A stretch of DNA of 64,000 bases from an uncultured Methanomicrobiales archaeon (GTDB taxonomy: Archaea; Halobacteriota; Methanomicrobia; Methanomicrobiales; Methanospirillaceae): positions 832,001 to 896,000 of the forward strand of contig OY969100.1 of the NCBI GenBank assembly GCA_963697895.1, written 5' to 3'. Shown here piece by piece: positions 63,393-64,000 of the stretch. The position numbers and the translations under genes were made by a program. The notes under the pieces are model-generated. The model had not been told where the DNA came from. It made no database searches and worked only from the letters and a program-made list of their open reading frames with translations. Position 1 is the first letter of the stretch, and the number at the start of each line of letters is the position of its first letter.

Positions 63393-64000
63393 CCCATATA
63401 TTGTCGTACCGTGCTTATATTCTTCTCCAGCATACCGATCGCCCCCGCCCGGCTCATTCCCTCGCCGTATACACTTACAATCGCCATTCCCTCCTCGAAA
63501 TACGTCCCCGGCCAGGGGATATCCGCGACGATGGGGGTGAGATGGGAGAGGTCTGCCGGGATATAGCGGTCACGGTCCGCAAAGAGGATCCCCCGGGCTG
63601 CGAACCGTTTTAGTGGTGCAGCGGTATCCGGCAGTATGCCCCTGCAGGCAGCGGCATGACGGGAAAACAGGTTCCAGCCCGTTGCCATCTCGACCGTATC
63701 GACGGTTGCCTGGAACCGCGGGTTGATCTCGATCACGGAAGTCCGGTCCCCCACCACGAAATCCACACCGATCGTGCCTTTGCACCCGCTCGCCGCACAA
63801 GCCCGTTCGGCCATGCGGATCATCTCCACTTTTTCCGGAGGCTCAAAGGGGGTGATCGAACCTGAGAACCCGTAGGGTGCATCCGGGGTACCCCGGAGGA
63901 GCTGTTCATTAACCGCGATCGCGCGTGCCCGGGTACCGTCGGCAACACAGCATACCGAAGCAGGAATCCCCTCGGCCAGCTCCTGTGCGATATAAGGGAT
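63389..64000 (-). CDS. ATP-grasp domain protein, 5'-truncated by the window edge
   Basis: Frame is open from 64000: QE..EG.PASV, NEQ, GSITP, GVDF, EINPRFQ. Confidence 0.88.
   Translation of the reverse strand: MPYIAQELAEGIPASVCCVADGTRARAIAVNEQLLRGTPDAPYGFSGSITPFEPPEKVEMIRMAERACAASGCKGTIGVDFVVGDRTSVIEINPRFQATVDTVEMATGWNLFSRHAAACRGILPDTAAPLKRFAARGILFADRDRYIPADLSHLTPIVADIPWPGTYFEEGMAIVSVYGEGMSRAGAIGMLEKNISTVRQYMG

Noticed and set aside
1-64000. CRISPR arrays, IS elements, rRNA, inteins
   Set aside because: No repeat-spacer periodicity, transposase motifs, rRNA-like segments or unexplained insertions in topA, polB or nrdD were seen by eye

Overview
64 kb of core chromosome from a methanogenic archaeon; gene content and order suggest Methanomicrobiales (Methanoregulaceae/Methanolinea-like, inferred). 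It holds topA (5'-truncated), GGGP synthase, thrS, valS, guaB, tmk, purN, xseAB, cca/thpR, tfe, tRNA-Leu(GAG), and a long minus-strand translation/SRP/ribosomal-protein cluster (14.2-24.8 kb). An accessory cell-surface block lies at 53.5-61.5 kb. No CRISPR array, transposase or integrase was seen. Highlights: (1) a translationally coupled iRadA-small helical protein-PolB2 cassette with a C-terminal PIP-box-like tail on iRadA and an exactly 11-bp-phased (G/C)TTC x4 array over its putative promoter, a candidate archaeal SOS-like mutasome with its operator; (2) a class III ribonucleotide reductase (NrdD, with NrdH) that ends without the Zn/glycyl-radical domain and begins with a PIP-box-like motif; (3) an HSR1-like operator before an ArsR-hsp20 pair. 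Several genes carry single-base indels that look like assembly errors. All product calls come from motif recognition by eye; no database search was run.
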